The translations under genes and the position numbers were made by a program. A stretch of DNA of 48,550 nucleotides from Octopus bimaculoides (taxonomy: Eukaryota), in the NCBI RefSeq assembly GCF_001194135.2, contig NC_068981.1, positions 99,245,371-99,293,920 of the forward strand. The letters are read 5' to 3'. The stretch's first letter is position 1; each line of letters begins with the position of its first letter. The notes below the pieces were generated by a model. That model made no database searches, had not been told where the DNA came from, and saw only the letters and a program-made list of their open reading frames with translations. This document shows positions 47,720 to 48,550 of this stretch, one piece after another.

Positions 47720-48550
47720 TGAACTCTGCTGTGCATGCACATGAAGTTTTAACATTCTAGCGCACTTCTGCTGTTTACAGCAGTGCTTGGAAGGAAGGCG
47801 TGTAGTGTGTGATTGTCACATTGACCATGACAGAGAAAGTTAGCAGAGAATCTGCATCAAATTTTGCCAAAAGCTCGGCAAAACCTGCTCAGAGGCCTAT
47901 GCAAAGTTTTCATCATTTTCAACAGAGTCAAGGAGATCTTGTGCAACTGAAACCTGAGTCTCTTTTTGGTCAACTGAAGCCAGTTTTGGCACAAACTTGG
48001 CAGACACGTGTTTCATACCCAAATCTTCAGTGATAATCGACTGAACTGCTAGTTGTGGGTCTCCAAGAACGTTCGTCACTATCAAAATATTTTCGTCCAT
48101 CTTGGAAATATCTGAACCACTTGTATACGGCTCATACACACCTTTCCATACACACCTTTCCATACACTTTCTGCAACTTGCATAGACCTCTGAGCACGTA
48201 TCTCCACAACAACTTTCACTTTCGTGGTCAATGCGATGGTTACACACTACACACCTTCCTTCAAAGCACTGCTGTAAACAGCAGAAGTGAGCTAGAATGT
48301 TAAAACTAAGTGTGCATGCACAGCTGGGTTCAAGGTCAATTTGCGCCAAGTGGCTTCACTCTGTGTGCTTGTCATAATGTCTTACGTTTAAGATGATTCC
48401 CATGCTTTCCCTGATGAGAAGGTTACAATTTTAATATCAAAGATCCCTATGGATCACACAGGTTGTAATCCTTTGAAACATATGTAGGAATAAAGTATGC
48501 AATTATAACATGCGTTTTCTCCAATCCTTAAATTCTTAAATATACTCAAA
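47720..48550. mobile_element. Fold-back mariner derivative made of two convergent 5' halves
   Basis: Plus arm: 5' UTR plus MTEKV/QRICIKFCQKLGKTCSEAYAK (ATG at 47827). Minus arm: 5' UTR plus DTCSEVYA..IITEDLGMKHVSAKFVPKL..DQKETQVSVAQDLLD. The arms 47720-47830 and ~48215-48332 are inverted repeats. Confidence 0.85.

Noticed and set aside
46785-47760. Long ORFs of 176-319 aa over 2251-2855, 35683-36351 and 46785-47760
   Set aside because: They consist of N-gap X residues and (TA)n translation.

Overview
AT-rich, intron- and repeat-dense animal genomic DNA with three N gaps (2650-2749, 35723-36259, 46895-47719). The repeat families resemble those I know from octopus/coleoid cephalopods; this is inference, not a database result. 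The window holds two divergently transcribed, apparently intact multi-exon genes. LONP2 (peroxisomal Lon protease) is on the minus strand: 13 coding exons, 22658 to 960, 655 codons, with the protease-domain exons beyond the left edge. AMDHD1 (imidazolonepropionase/HutI) is on the plus strand: 6 coding exons, 30967 to 46797, 351 codons, with the last exon(s) not visible. All splice phases close correctly. Introns hold decayed transposons (piggyBac, hAT, mariner, Tc1/mariner MITEs, CR1, RTE, Dong/R4) and at least four tRNA-derived SINE families. Most notable: a textbook U12 (minor spliceosome) intron in LONP2; a full-length piggyBac nested in a SINE with gene-trap layout (acceptor-ATG ... AATAAA, sense to LONP2) and a TTAA-bearing 21-bp array; an 11-mer AATTATCTCCC found five times outside recognisable repeats; a six-copy SINE chain; and a fold-back mariner made of two 5' halves. 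I found no prokaryotic-type system (CRISPR, operon) and cannot support a wholly new protein-coding system here.
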